A stretch of 24,490 nt of DNA from an uncultured virus (IMG/VR IMGVR_UViG_2912375805_000003) (IMGVR_UViG_2912375805_000003), one strand, 5' to 3'. Shown: positions 8,308 through 15,502, counted from the first letter of the stretch. The notes: generated from the sequence alone by a model not told the origin. Program-made: numbers and translations.

Positions 8308-8396
8308 TGTCGCTGGCAAGGAATCGAACCTTGCATGGTTGCCGAAGCATTGACCTAGCACACATGCTTAGCGTCTACCCTTTCCGCCACAGTGAC
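8308..8396 (-). ncRNA. Non-canonical tRNA-like RNA 2
   Basis: Same acceptor GTCACTG/CAGCGAC; D arm GCG-GAAAGGGTAGA-CGC; AAGCAT/ATGCTT stem with a 13-nt loop centred on CTA; T arm GCAAGG-TTCGATT-CCTTGC; no encoded CCA. Confidence 0.72.
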
Positions 8397-8421
8397 ACTA
8401 TAAAATTATTCTTGGCTGCTA

Positions 8422-8505
8422 CTATTTTTTATTTTGCCCATTTTTAAATCCAATCATATAGACATTAAGACAGAGCGCAAAAATTGAAATTATTAATGGA
8501 ATCAT
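8422..8505 (-). CDS. 27-aa hydrophobic peptide (single TM helix, basic C-terminus)
   Basis: RBS AAAGGTGGGTG, then MIPLIISIFALCLNVYMIGFKNGQNKK*. Confidence 0.55.
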   Translation of the reverse strand: MIPLIISIFALCLNVYMIGFKNGQNKK

Positions 8506-8613
8506 TTCTCTTCACCCACCTTTAGTTATCGTGTGAATAATTAAAAAACAATAGACAGCAACAAAATAACATTGCTTTGATAATTTGGTATAAACCACTA
8601 TAAATTTCTTTTC

Positions 8614-8696
8614 TTGCAATTATTTTTAATATATGCTAGATTATCAACCGATATAGTCACTGCCTGTACTAGCGGAAACTAGTGCAGGTTTTTTGT
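8614..8696 (+). ncRNA. Candidate ~50-nt sRNA with its own promoter and terminator
   Basis: TTGCAA-17-(TGc)TAGATT at 8614-8642, then hairpin CCTGTACTAG-CGGAAA-CTAGTGCAGG plus T run; no ORF. Confidence 0.45.
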
Positions 8697-8731
8697 TCTA
8701 TTTACTCAAAAGTTATTACGATAAATTAATA

Positions 8732-8759
8732 TTGTGAAAATAAATACTAAGCGTATAAT
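8732..8759 (+). promoter_or_regulatory. Sigma-A-like promoter of the moron gene
   Basis: TTGTGA-16-TATAAT upstream of the ATG at 8815. Confidence 0.55.
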
Positions 8760-8814
8760 TTTATTTATCAGCGAGTGGTCCGCTGAAATATAAAACAAGG
8801 ATGTGCAAGACAAC

Positions 8815-9090
8815 ATGTATAAACCCTACATGATTAGTTATGATCTTAATAACCCAGGGCAAAAGTATGATAAAGTATTTGAAATAATAAAAGAATTTGG
8901 GGCATATATAAAGCTACAAAAATCTTTTTGGTTAGTTAAAACTAATTTGAATCCAAATCAAATGTGTGAAAAATTAAATACAGTACTTGATAATAACGAT
9001 TCCTTATTCATCTGTGAACTGCAAAAAAATTATCAAGGTAGAGCTACAGAGGAAAATTGGAAATTCATTAACGAACATATTTTCTCTTAG
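8815..9090 (+). CDS. Stand-alone Cas2/VapD-like ferredoxin-fold protein (moron)
   Basis: 91 aa; YMISYDL first strand with conserved Asp, then helix, then LQKSFWLV...LDNNDSLFICEL; antisense to the lytic operon with its own promoter. Confidence 0.65.
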   Translation: MYKPYMISYDLNNPGQKYDKVFEIIKEFGAYIKLQKSFWLVKTNLNPNQMCEKLNTVLDNNDSLFICELQKNYQGRATEENWKFINEHIFS

Positions 9091-9239
9091 TAAGGATTAG
9101 ATATTTTTTCTCTGTTTAAACAATTGCAAATACCGTCAATATCTGAATTAGAAACACTTACCTTTTGCTCCTTGCTACTACCAATAGCTTGGAGCAATTC
9201 TTGTATTTCTTCTGGAGTGCCTTCTACTGATAATTTCAT
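9087..9239 (-). CDS. Small hypothetical protein (50 aa)
   Basis: RBS GGAGG, then MKLSVEGTPEEIQELLQAIG... Confidence 0.65.
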   Translation of the reverse strand: MKLSVEGTPEEIQELLQAIGSSKEQKVSVSNSDIDGICNCLNREKISNPY

Positions 9240-9266
9240 TTTTCTTCCCTCCAATACATAAATTAA

Positions 9267-9406
9267 TAGACAGCAGCAGTTGAAAGACGACAAGAACATG
9301 TTTAGTTTTGTGAGTGCTGCTGTCTAATCAAAATAAACAGCAACCGATGAAGAATTTAGGAGGAGTTGAATTCACATCCTTTTCTTCATAATTAGTTGCT
9401 GTCTAT
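9267..9406 (-). repeat. Two tandem long hairpins closed by a conserved (A)TAGACAGCA/TGCTGTCTA(T) stem
   Basis: 9267-9278 pairs with 9315-9326 (12 bp perfect); 9333-9344 pairs with 9395-9406; a lone third half-copy lies at 8551-8562. Confidence 0.75.
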
Positions 9407-9490
9407 CTAAGAAGAAGTTTAAAACGATGAGGGAGATTGCCTCCCTTCGTTTATTTTGTCGATCCTGTTTCCTAATCTTTCGACACTACC

Positions 9491-9545
9491 ATAATAACAC
9501 TGGTAAATGTCTAAAAACCGCCATCATTCCGCCAAAAAACCGCCA
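9491..9545 (-). promoter_or_regulatory. Putative ArpU-activated late promoter
   Basis: Three TGGCGG direct repeats at 11-bp spacing (plus-strand CCGCCA at 9518, 9529, 9540) right after arpU, followed by an extended -10 TGtTATTAT. Confidence 0.7.
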
Positions 9546-9547
9546 AA

Positions 9548-9964
9548 TTATTTATAAGCAATTATTTTTCCGTGTTTATATGCTTCTGCAAACTCTATTA
9601 GAGCTTCCGACTTCATCCGTTGTATACTTCTTTCTGAATAACCCACTTCACGGCTAATTCTGTAGTTTGAGAAGCTATCTGGCACACAGAAGCTGTAGTA
9701 GAGTATCTGACGACTAATCAGACTAAGAGCCATCAAAGCCGCTAGAATCGCATCTCTCTCCGTTTCTATATCCATCATCTGAATAATCGCGTCTTCTGCC
9801 TTATTGCCATGCTTCGGTGCCTTCGGCATATCCGTTATAATCGGCGACTTAATATCTATCAAAGAGCGACCTGCCATCCGCTCCAAACGCCGAAAGTTCT
9901 TCAGCACATCTCTCGCATTACATCTTGTCTGTTTGAAATCTACCTCTCGTAACAATTGCATCAA
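9548..9964 (-). CDS. arpU: ArpU/RinA-family late transcriptional activator
   Basis: IKSPIITDMPK, SRQILYYSF and GYSERSIQRMKSEALIEFAEAY motifs; last gene of the early operon. Confidence 0.9.
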   Translation of the reverse strand: MMQLLREVDFKQTRCNARDVLKNFRRLERMAGRSLIDIKSPIITDMPKAPKHGNKAEDAIIQMMDIETERDAILAALMALSLISRQILYYSFCVPDSFSNYRISREVGYSERSIQRMKSEALIEFAEAYKHGKIIAYK

Positions 9965-10015
9965 GTCAAACCGCTCCTTTATGTGATATAATAAATGTGT
10001 TGGATTTATTGAATC

Positions 10016-10039
10016 AGTCGGAGCGATCCGGCTTTTTTT
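10016..10039 (+). terminator. Intrinsic terminator antisense to the early operon
   Basis: AGTCGGA-GCGA-TCCGGCT plus T run, preceded by TGaTATAAT at 9984-9992. Confidence 0.65.
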
Positions 10040-10334
10040 ATTTGCTCTTGATTACTTCCATGTCAACTAATCTCGCTACAGCTAAATAATGCTTGTGTTT
10101 TGCAGTCGAACGATCACACTTCATTGTATTTTCAATACGAATGATTGCTGAGTTTGACAGTATCTTTTTAACGTATCCTCTGAACGGATAAACGAACTCT
10201 TCTGCTTCACAGCGGACCATGTCACCGACTTTGAATTTTGATTTCTTGCGTGTTTTAGGGTTCTTTGTCGGCATATCTAGCATTAAACCGCCGATACCGT
10301 GACTGCTAGCGTAAAATCCGTCTTTTAGTTTCAT
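10038..10334 (-). CDS. Hypothetical phage protein (possible SH3/KOW-like fold)
   Basis: 98 aa, FKVGDMVRC motif, coupled to the upstream gene. Confidence 0.65.
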   Translation of the reverse strand: MKLKDGFYASSHGIGGLMLDMPTKNPKTRKKSKFKVGDMVRCEAEEFVYPFRGYVKKILSNSAIIRIENTMKCDRSTAKHKHYLAVARLVDMEVIKSK

Positions 10335-10888
10335 CTTTCTACCACCTCTTCCACTGTTCCATTCACCAACAATGCTGCAGCATCCGCTGTTGCTTTATCA
10401 GTGAAAAGCAATCGATGAGATGGATTGCATTCAAAACTATAATTTACTCCATCTTTTCCCCATAAAGCACATTTAGTAAGATAGTTTCCATCGGCATTCT
10501 TTATTGCCCATAACGGCTCTTTCTCAACCTCGTAGCCGTTGTATAGGCTCAATAGTGTTTCATATGATTGTCTTGTTGCCCAAGCGAGTAATTCTTCTCC
10601 TTGCTCTTGCGTCACTATGCCATCTCGTACAAACCAATCACAGAAATAATATGAATCACCATCTTTAGATTTGATTAAATACGCTATTTTTTCAGCTTTT
10701 GTAAAAGGGTCCGTAGATTTCTCAAGCCAACCGGCCACGAGTTGTGGAATAACTGGTTTCTGCGGTTCGTCTATTTTTTTCATTAACGTAATACCTGAAT
10801 TTATACTCTCGTTATAGCAAGCAGCTATTGCATCATTTCCTATCGCTTTAATACTTTCTAACTTTTTGATTGCTTCCTGTTTATTCAT
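10331..10888 (-). CDS. DUF1642-like phage protein
   Basis: EPQKPVIPQLVAGWLE...NGYEVEKEPLW signature. Confidence 0.8.
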   Translation of the reverse strand: MNKQEAIKKLESIKAIGNDAIAACYNESINSGITLMKKIDEPQKPVIPQLVAGWLEKSTDPFTKAEKIAYLIKSKDGDSYYFCDWFVRDGIVTQEQGEELLAWATRQSYETLLSLYNGYEVEKEPLWAIKNADGNYLTKCALWGKDGVNYSFECNPSHRLLFTDKATADAAALLVNGTVEEVVER

Positions 10889-11304
10889 CGCTGTTCCTCC
10901 AATAACTCGCTATTCTCGTATATATTTCCGGTGACTTCGTACGTGTATTCTTCAAACAGCTCTGTGTTAAAAATTTGATACTCTAAGTCTTCATCAACAG
11001 TGGCACAAACTAATCCGGAATAATCTATTGAATTTTTGACAATACAGACTTTATTATCTAAGTAATCGAAGCCATTTCGCACGCTGACTAATACTATATC
11101 CCCTTCAAATATATCCACACCATTCTTATCTTTCATTCCTGTGGATTGCATGAGGTCGATGTTTCGCACGTGATATGATTTCAATTCGGTAGGATTTATC
11201 CAATATTCAATAAAGTTTGTTTTGCCGTTTTTAGTAAAATGCAAGACGGCTACATCTCTCATTACGTTCTTTCGTTTATCCCACGCTCTAAACTTCGGTA
11301 TCAT
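10885..11304 (-). CDS. YopX-family protein
   Basis: MIPKFRAWDK...LMQSTGMKDKNGVDIFEGDIV...EVTGNIYENSELLE. Confidence 0.92.
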   Translation of the reverse strand: MIPKFRAWDKRKNVMRDVAVLHFTKNGKTNFIEYWINPTELKSYHVRNIDLMQSTGMKDKNGVDIFEGDIVLVSVRNGFDYLDNKVCIVKNSIDYSGLVCATVDEDLEYQIFNTELFEEYTYEVTGNIYENSELLEEQR

Positions 11305-11546
11305 TCGCTGTCCTCCTCGTATTTTTCAATCAATTCCATTACTTTTTTCACTATTTCAAACTCAACCGCTTTTGATTCTTCGAAATCATGAACAATTTCT
11401 GGAAACAGTACATCATCAACTACCCACAAAATAATCTGGCGCTTTCCACCAAAATTTATGATTAGATGGTCCGATTCCACAGATAGTGTTGCTCCTGATT
11501 CGATATCATATAAATCCATGCTGAATTGAACGAGTTTTTTTATCAT
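11301..11546 (-). CDS. Hypothetical phage protein
   Basis: 81 aa with RBS GAGGAGG, in operon. Confidence 0.7.
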   Translation of the reverse strand: MIKKLVQFSMDLYDIESGATLSVESDHLIINFGGKRQIILWVVDDVLFPEIVHDFEESKAVEFEIVKKVMELIEKYEEDSE

Positions 11547-11862
11547 TTGCTGTCCTCCTCAAATACTCTTCTAATATTTCTTTATACTTCTCTACAAATT
11601 TGAAACGATCTTGATGAAGTTTCTTGCTCCAATTTGTTTGCCGATCCAGCTCACGCATCTGATCGAACCCTTTTTGAATTTCGTTGTAATAAAATTCAAT
11701 GTTTGCTGCTGCTTTCCAATGCCTGCTACTTCGCACTCCTGCTCCTGTTTCAGCCATTTCTAACTTAACTAATTCAGCTCGTTCTTTTGATTTTTTATCT
11801 TTCTGAATCTTCATCATGATTTTCTTGAGGATGATGTCACTGTATTGTGTAATGAGATCCAT
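11506..11862 (-). CDS. Hypothetical phage protein
   Basis: 118 aa with RBS GGAGGAG, coupled to the upstream stop. Confidence 0.7.
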   Translation of the reverse strand: MDLITQYSDIILKKIMMKIQKDKKSKERAELVKLEMAETGAGVRSSRHWKAAANIEFYYNEIQKGFDQMRELDRQTNWSKKLHQDRFKFVEKYKEILEEYLRRTANDKKTRSIQHGFI

Positions 11863-12167
11863 TATCTCTCCTCCACATACCTAAACTGTCGTCCTTTTGA
11901 ATCAATCCATAAGCTCCTAGCTCTATCCCAGATAATGTTTTTGCTTAATCCAGTAATTTCAGATAACTGTTCAGCAGTACCTGTTACTAAAATTCGGTCA
12001 TCATGCCAGATTGCAATTTTTCTCGGCGTTCTCCGTTTGGGCTTTTCAGTCCACATTGATTTACCGAGCTTTTGGACTTCTGCAACTATTTCTTTGTCTT
12101 CTTGCCAAGATTCTGACTTGGTTAATTCAGCAATTCTTTTCATTGCTGCTTTCTTATCCACGCTCAT
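11862..12167 (-). CDS. Putative small DNA-binding protein, paralog A
   Basis: IAIWHDDRILVTGTAEQLSEITGLSKNII (NUMOD1/HTH-like); homologous to 12322-12624. Confidence 0.7.
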   Translation of the reverse strand: MSVDKKAAMKRIAELTKSESWQEDKEIVAEVQKLGKSMWTEKPKRRTPRKIAIWHDDRILVTGTAEQLSEITGLSKNIIWDRARSLWIDSKGRQFRYVEER

Positions 12168-12325
12168 TCCTCCAATCGATGGATTTCCCTTCTTAAATTC
12201 TCTATGTGCAAATCGATTGCCTTTCTCGCCGTTTCATTGACCATCACTGCCTTTGTTCGTTCCAGATCGTCAATCTCACGCTGAAGGCTTCGAATACGCA
12301 TTTGAATCACTTCTTCTGTTGTCAT
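12164..12325 (-). CDS. Small coiled-coil protein (53 aa), not in the ORF track
   Basis: RBS GGAGG, MTTEEVIQMRIRSLQREIDDLERTKAVMVNETARKAIDLHIENLRREIHRLEE*; ATGA overlaps on both sides. Confidence 0.75.
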   Translation of the reverse strand: MTTEEVIQMRIRSLQREIDDLERTKAVMVNETARKAIDLHIENLRREIHRLEE

Positions 12326-12624
12326 GATGATTCCTCCACGTATCTAAACGTTCTCTTCTTAGCGTCTGTGTAGCCACACCTTGCTCTTTTCCTCACGATT
12401 TTCTCGTGCAAGCCTGTGAGACTTGCTAACTGTTCAGCTGTCCCTATCACTAGAAGTTTGTCACCGTGCCAAATTGCGATTTTTCGTGGTCTTGGCTTGT
12501 TGCTCTTGTCTGCCCACATCGCTCTTCCAAGCCTCATCACTTCTGAAGCAGCTTCTTTGTCATTTTGCCAATCTTCTGAATAAGTCAATTCGATAATTCG
12601 CTGCATTGCCGCTTTCTTATCCAT
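12322..12624 (-). CDS. Putative small DNA-binding protein, paralog B
   Basis: IAIWHGDKLLVIGTAEQLASLTGLHEKIV; homologous to 11862-12167. Confidence 0.7.
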   Translation of the reverse strand: MDKKAAMQRIIELTYSEDWQNDKEAASEVMRLGRAMWADKSNKPRPRKIAIWHGDKLLVIGTAEQLASLTGLHEKIVRKRARCGYTDAKKRTFRYVEESS

Positions 12625-12781
12625 CCCGACATTCTCCTTTCAGTAATTTGAGTACTTGATCAAGTGCGCTCTCACGTCCGCCATGGAACGTGTTGAGCCA
12701 CTTGTCTTCGTACGATACACTTTGTCTTAAAGCTTCTTGATGCATTAGTTCAATCTGTGCTGTAAATGTCTTTAGGTCCAT
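12617..12781 (-). CDS. Hypothetical phage protein (54 aa)
   Basis: MDLKTFTAQ start with RBS AGGTG. Confidence 0.65.
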   Translation of the reverse strand: MDLKTFTAQIELMHQEALRQSVSYEDKWLNTFHGGRESALDQVLKLLKGECRDG

Positions 12782-12785
12782 CTGA

Positions 12786-13055
12786 TTACACCTGCTCAAG
12801 TTCATTAAGATGTTTTTGCAAGCCTTTAACACAATCAACAAATAGTAATTTGGTATATGCTAAATTTCTTAATTGTGTTGTATCGATATAAAGTGCGAAA
12901 TAGTATCTGAGCTTACTCCAACTCGAACGATCATTCTTAATTCCTTCAATTCCAGCTTCTTCGAGTTGATCATATACGTCTCTCAGGACGTCTAATTCCT
13001 CGCCCTTTTTATAATTCGCTATTTCATTAATTAGTTCTAGATAATCGATCTTCAT
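12786..13055 (-). CDS. Hypothetical phage protein
   Basis: 89 aa with RBS GAGGTGG, directly after rep. Confidence 0.7.
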   Translation of the reverse strand: MKIDYLELINEIANYKKGEELDVLRDVYDQLEEAGIEGIKNDRSSWSKLRYYFALYIDTTQLRNLAYTKLLFVDCVKGLQKHLNELEQV

Positions 13056-13066
13056 TTTTCCACCTC

Positions 13067-13816
13067 TTAGAATGGTGCTTTTGATTGTCTATTAGCTCGT
13101 TCTAGCGCTTTTTTCTTGAGATAGGCTTCTTGGTCGATTGCCCATTCAGGAAGCTTCTCTCGTCTTCCTGTGCGCTTGTATCCACTGCTTGCGTTCTTAG
13201 GTTCACTTTTTTCTTTCCTTGCCCAACTTCGAATAGTTGCCAAATAGTTTTTATAAGTCTTACCAGATGATTCACAATACTCTGACAGTCGTTCGATTCG
13301 CTCTTGGTAATCATTAGGGAATTCTGTTTTGAGTTTCTCCATCTGCTCATCTGACAAAAGAACATTTTTATACTCTCCGTATTTATGACGGACGGGCTTA
13401 GCCTTCGATTTTTTCGAAGGCGGTAACTCTCTTATATATTCTTTTGTATTATTAAATGTATTATTAATAGATGTATTATTATCTTTGACTTTTTCGTCAA
13501 TAGGGGTATTGCGTTTTTCGTCAATAGGGTATTGATTAATTCGTAGGTACCTATTGATTATTTGATTGGTACCCTCTTTGTAAATGATTTCCCGATTCAA
13601 GTATCCAAACTTAATCAAATCACTTACCCATCGCGATATGGTCTCTTTATTCACACCATATAAATCTGCAAAGTACTCATTGCCTGCCCAACAAAAGCCT
13701 CTTTCATTACACAAGGCCGTTATCTCTCCGTATAACAACTTAGTATTTGGTTTAAGTCTTTTGTCGTACCTTACGTTGGCTGGTATAATCGCATAATAAC
13801 TTCGATGTTCTGTCAT
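13067..13816 (-). CDS. Phage replication initiator (N-terminal winged HTH)
   Basis: YYAIIPANVRYDKRL...KLLYGEITAL...GFCWAGNEYFADLYGV...TISRWVSDL; C-terminal GKTYKNYLATIRSW; internal iterons. Confidence 0.88.
   Translation of the reverse strand: MTEHRSYYAIIPANVRYDKRLKPNTKLLYGEITALCNERGFCWAGNEYFADLYGVNKETISRWVSDLIKFGYLNREIIYKEGTNQIINRYLRINQYPIDEKRNTPIDEKVKDNNTSINNTFNNTKEYIRELPPSKKSKAKPVRHKYGEYKNVLLSDEQMEKLKTEFPNDYQERIERLSEYCESSGKTYKNYLATIRSWARKEKSEPKNASSGYKRTGRREKLPEWAIDQEAYLKKKALERANRQSKAPF
13435..13534. repeat. Putative replication origin: iterons and AT-rich tract inside rep
   Basis: TTTTTCGTCAATAGGG(G)TATTG twice (13490, 13514) next to AT-rich TGTATTATT repeats. Confidence 0.7.
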
Positions 13817-13818
13817 TT

Positions 13819-14505
13819 TTACCCTCCAATATTTAACTTTTTGATTGTTTTCTGGTTTAATTTGATCCCTTTGATTTGATATTTATTTTTGAAATTAATC
13901 ACACCTATTTTGTGCTTCTCTGTGTGATGGATTCTGCAGAGTGCTGCAAATGTGTACTCTGCATGATCAACTTCTTTGCGCTTTCGTCTTCCTAGCGCTT
14001 TGTCAAAGTGATCGATGTCAGCTCCTGTTTTGCCACAGATGCAGCAGACTCTTTTTGTGATGCATTTGTAGAAGTAATATTCTTGATTCGCAGGTAAAAT
14101 CTCATAGCCTTCTTTGAAAGGAATATGATGTTCAAAGATGAAATCTAAGATGATATTTGCTAAGACATTGGCATCACTCACAGTTGTATTCGATTCGTCT
14201 TTCAGGCTTATTTTGCGCCCTGTGACACCTTCAAAACGAAAGTAGAAGAATTCCTTCCAGAAGTCCGTTGGCATGCCTGTATCGATAAAAATATCGCCTA
14301 TCAGCGCATAGATGAAGTTTCGTTGCTGTACGGTGAAACGTCTAGGATCAATAAAACGAATTTCAATGACTCGATCACCATCGTAGCCGTCATACATCGT
14401 CTTTAGTCGATCAATGTTCACTTCCTCATTGATGGTTGCGCTTATGTCTTTTCCTTTGAACTTTTTCAGAACCGCTGAATATGAATCGATTAATGGTTTA
14501 AACAC
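13819..14505 (-). CDS. Putative HNHc nuclease (DUF968-like)
   Basis: C-terminal CCICGK...DIDH...ALCRIHHTEKHKIG motif; lies between the recombinase and rep. Confidence 0.8.
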   Translation of the reverse strand: MFKPLIDSYSAVLKKFKGKDISATINEEVNIDRLKTMYDGYDGDRVIEIRFIDPRRFTVQQRNFIYALIGDIFIDTGMPTDFWKEFFYFRFEGVTGRKISLKDESNTTVSDANVLANIILDFIFEHHIPFKEGYEILPANQEYYFYKCITKRVCCICGKTGADIDHFDKALGRRKRKEVDHAEYTFAALCRIHHTEKHKIGVINFKNKYQIKGIKLNQKTIKKLNIGG

Positions 14506-15502
14506 TCATATCACTTCTTATCTAATTCTTTTCTCTTAGCTGCTATTGCTCGCTCCATCAAGGCACATTGCTCATAGCTTAACTGTTCAATAGTTTCAAC
14601 GTTATCAGCTAAGAGCCCTAATTTATCTGTCTGCTCATTAACATATTCGATTAAGGTTTTGGTCATATCTTTACCCATCTGCTCATTGAAAGCTTCTAGA
14701 ATCGTCTCTAGCATGTTTAATTTCTTTGTATCGATTCTAGGTGGTGTTGGAATATCTTCCCCTTGAANCACAGATACAGCAGACTCTTTTTGTGATGCAT
14801 TTGTAGAAGTAATATTCTTGATTCGCTGGTAAAATCTCATAGCCTTCTTTGAAAGGAATATGATGTTCAAAGATAAAATCTAAGATGATATTTGCTAAGA
14901 TATTGGCATCACTCACAGTCGTATTCGATTCATCTTTGAGGCTTATTTCGCGCCCTGTGACACCTTCGAAACGGAAGTAAAAGAATTCCTTCCAGAAGTC
15001 CGTTGGCATGCCTGTATCGATGAAAATATCGCCTATGAGTGCATAGATGAAGTTTCGTTGCTGTACTGTGAAACGTCTAGGATCAATAAAACGAATTTCA
15101 ATAACTCGATCACCATCGTAGCCGTCATACATCGTCTTTAGTCGATCAATGTTCACTTCCTCATTGATGGTTGCGCTTATGTCTTTTCCTTTGAACTTTT
15201 TCAGAACCGCTGAATATGAATCGATTAATGGTTTAAACACTCATATCACTTCTTATCTAATTCTTTTCTCTTAGCTGCTATTGCTCGCTCCATCAAGGCA
15301 CATTGCTCATAGCTTAACTGTTCAATAGTTTCAACGTTATCAGCTAAGAGCCCTAATTTATCTGTCTGCTCATTAACATATTCGATTAAGGTTTTGGTCA
15401 TATCTTTACCCATCTGCTCATTGAAAGCTTCTAGAATCGTCTCTAGCATGTTTAATTTCTTTGTATCGATTCTAGGTGGTGTTGGAATATCTTCCCCTTG
15501 AA
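14034..15502. repeat. 734-bp tandem duplication joined by N (14034-14767 / 14769-15502); probable assembly artefact
   Basis: Near-identical copies with scattered SNPs and a single N at 14768; produces a truncated HNHc copy and a Sak C-terminal fragment. Confidence 0.9.
14769..15240 (-). pseudogene. Truncated second allele of the HNHc nuclease (ends at N)
   Basis: Identical to 13819-14505 except K/E and V/I changes, up to CCIC then N. Confidence 0.7.

Noticed and set aside
8027..8361. ORFs 8027-8284 (+) and 8155-8361 (-)
   Set aside because: No convincing RBS or protein features; they overlap the tRNA-like structures, whose higher GC explains the open frames.
8308..8396. Calling RNA 2 a bona fide amber suppressor or standard tRNA
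   Set aside because: The anticodon loop is 13 nt with no U33, the T stem is 6 bp, the acceptor has a mismatch and there is no CCA; kept only as tRNA-like.
8551..9406. CRISPR array associated with the Cas2-like gene
   Set aside because: The GACAGCA repeats are short, inverted and irregularly spaced; there is no repeat-spacer periodicity and no other cas gene.
14511..14870. 119-aa ORF in the track
   Set aside because: Chimeric across the N: an off-frame HNHc sequence joined to a duplicate of the Sak C-terminus.
14034..15502. Near-identical repeat pair as a diversity-generating retroelement TR/VR or a true gene duplication
   Set aside because: There is no reverse transcriptase, the differences are not adenine-specific and are mostly synonymous, and the junction is an N with the same offset as a second N-joined repeat.
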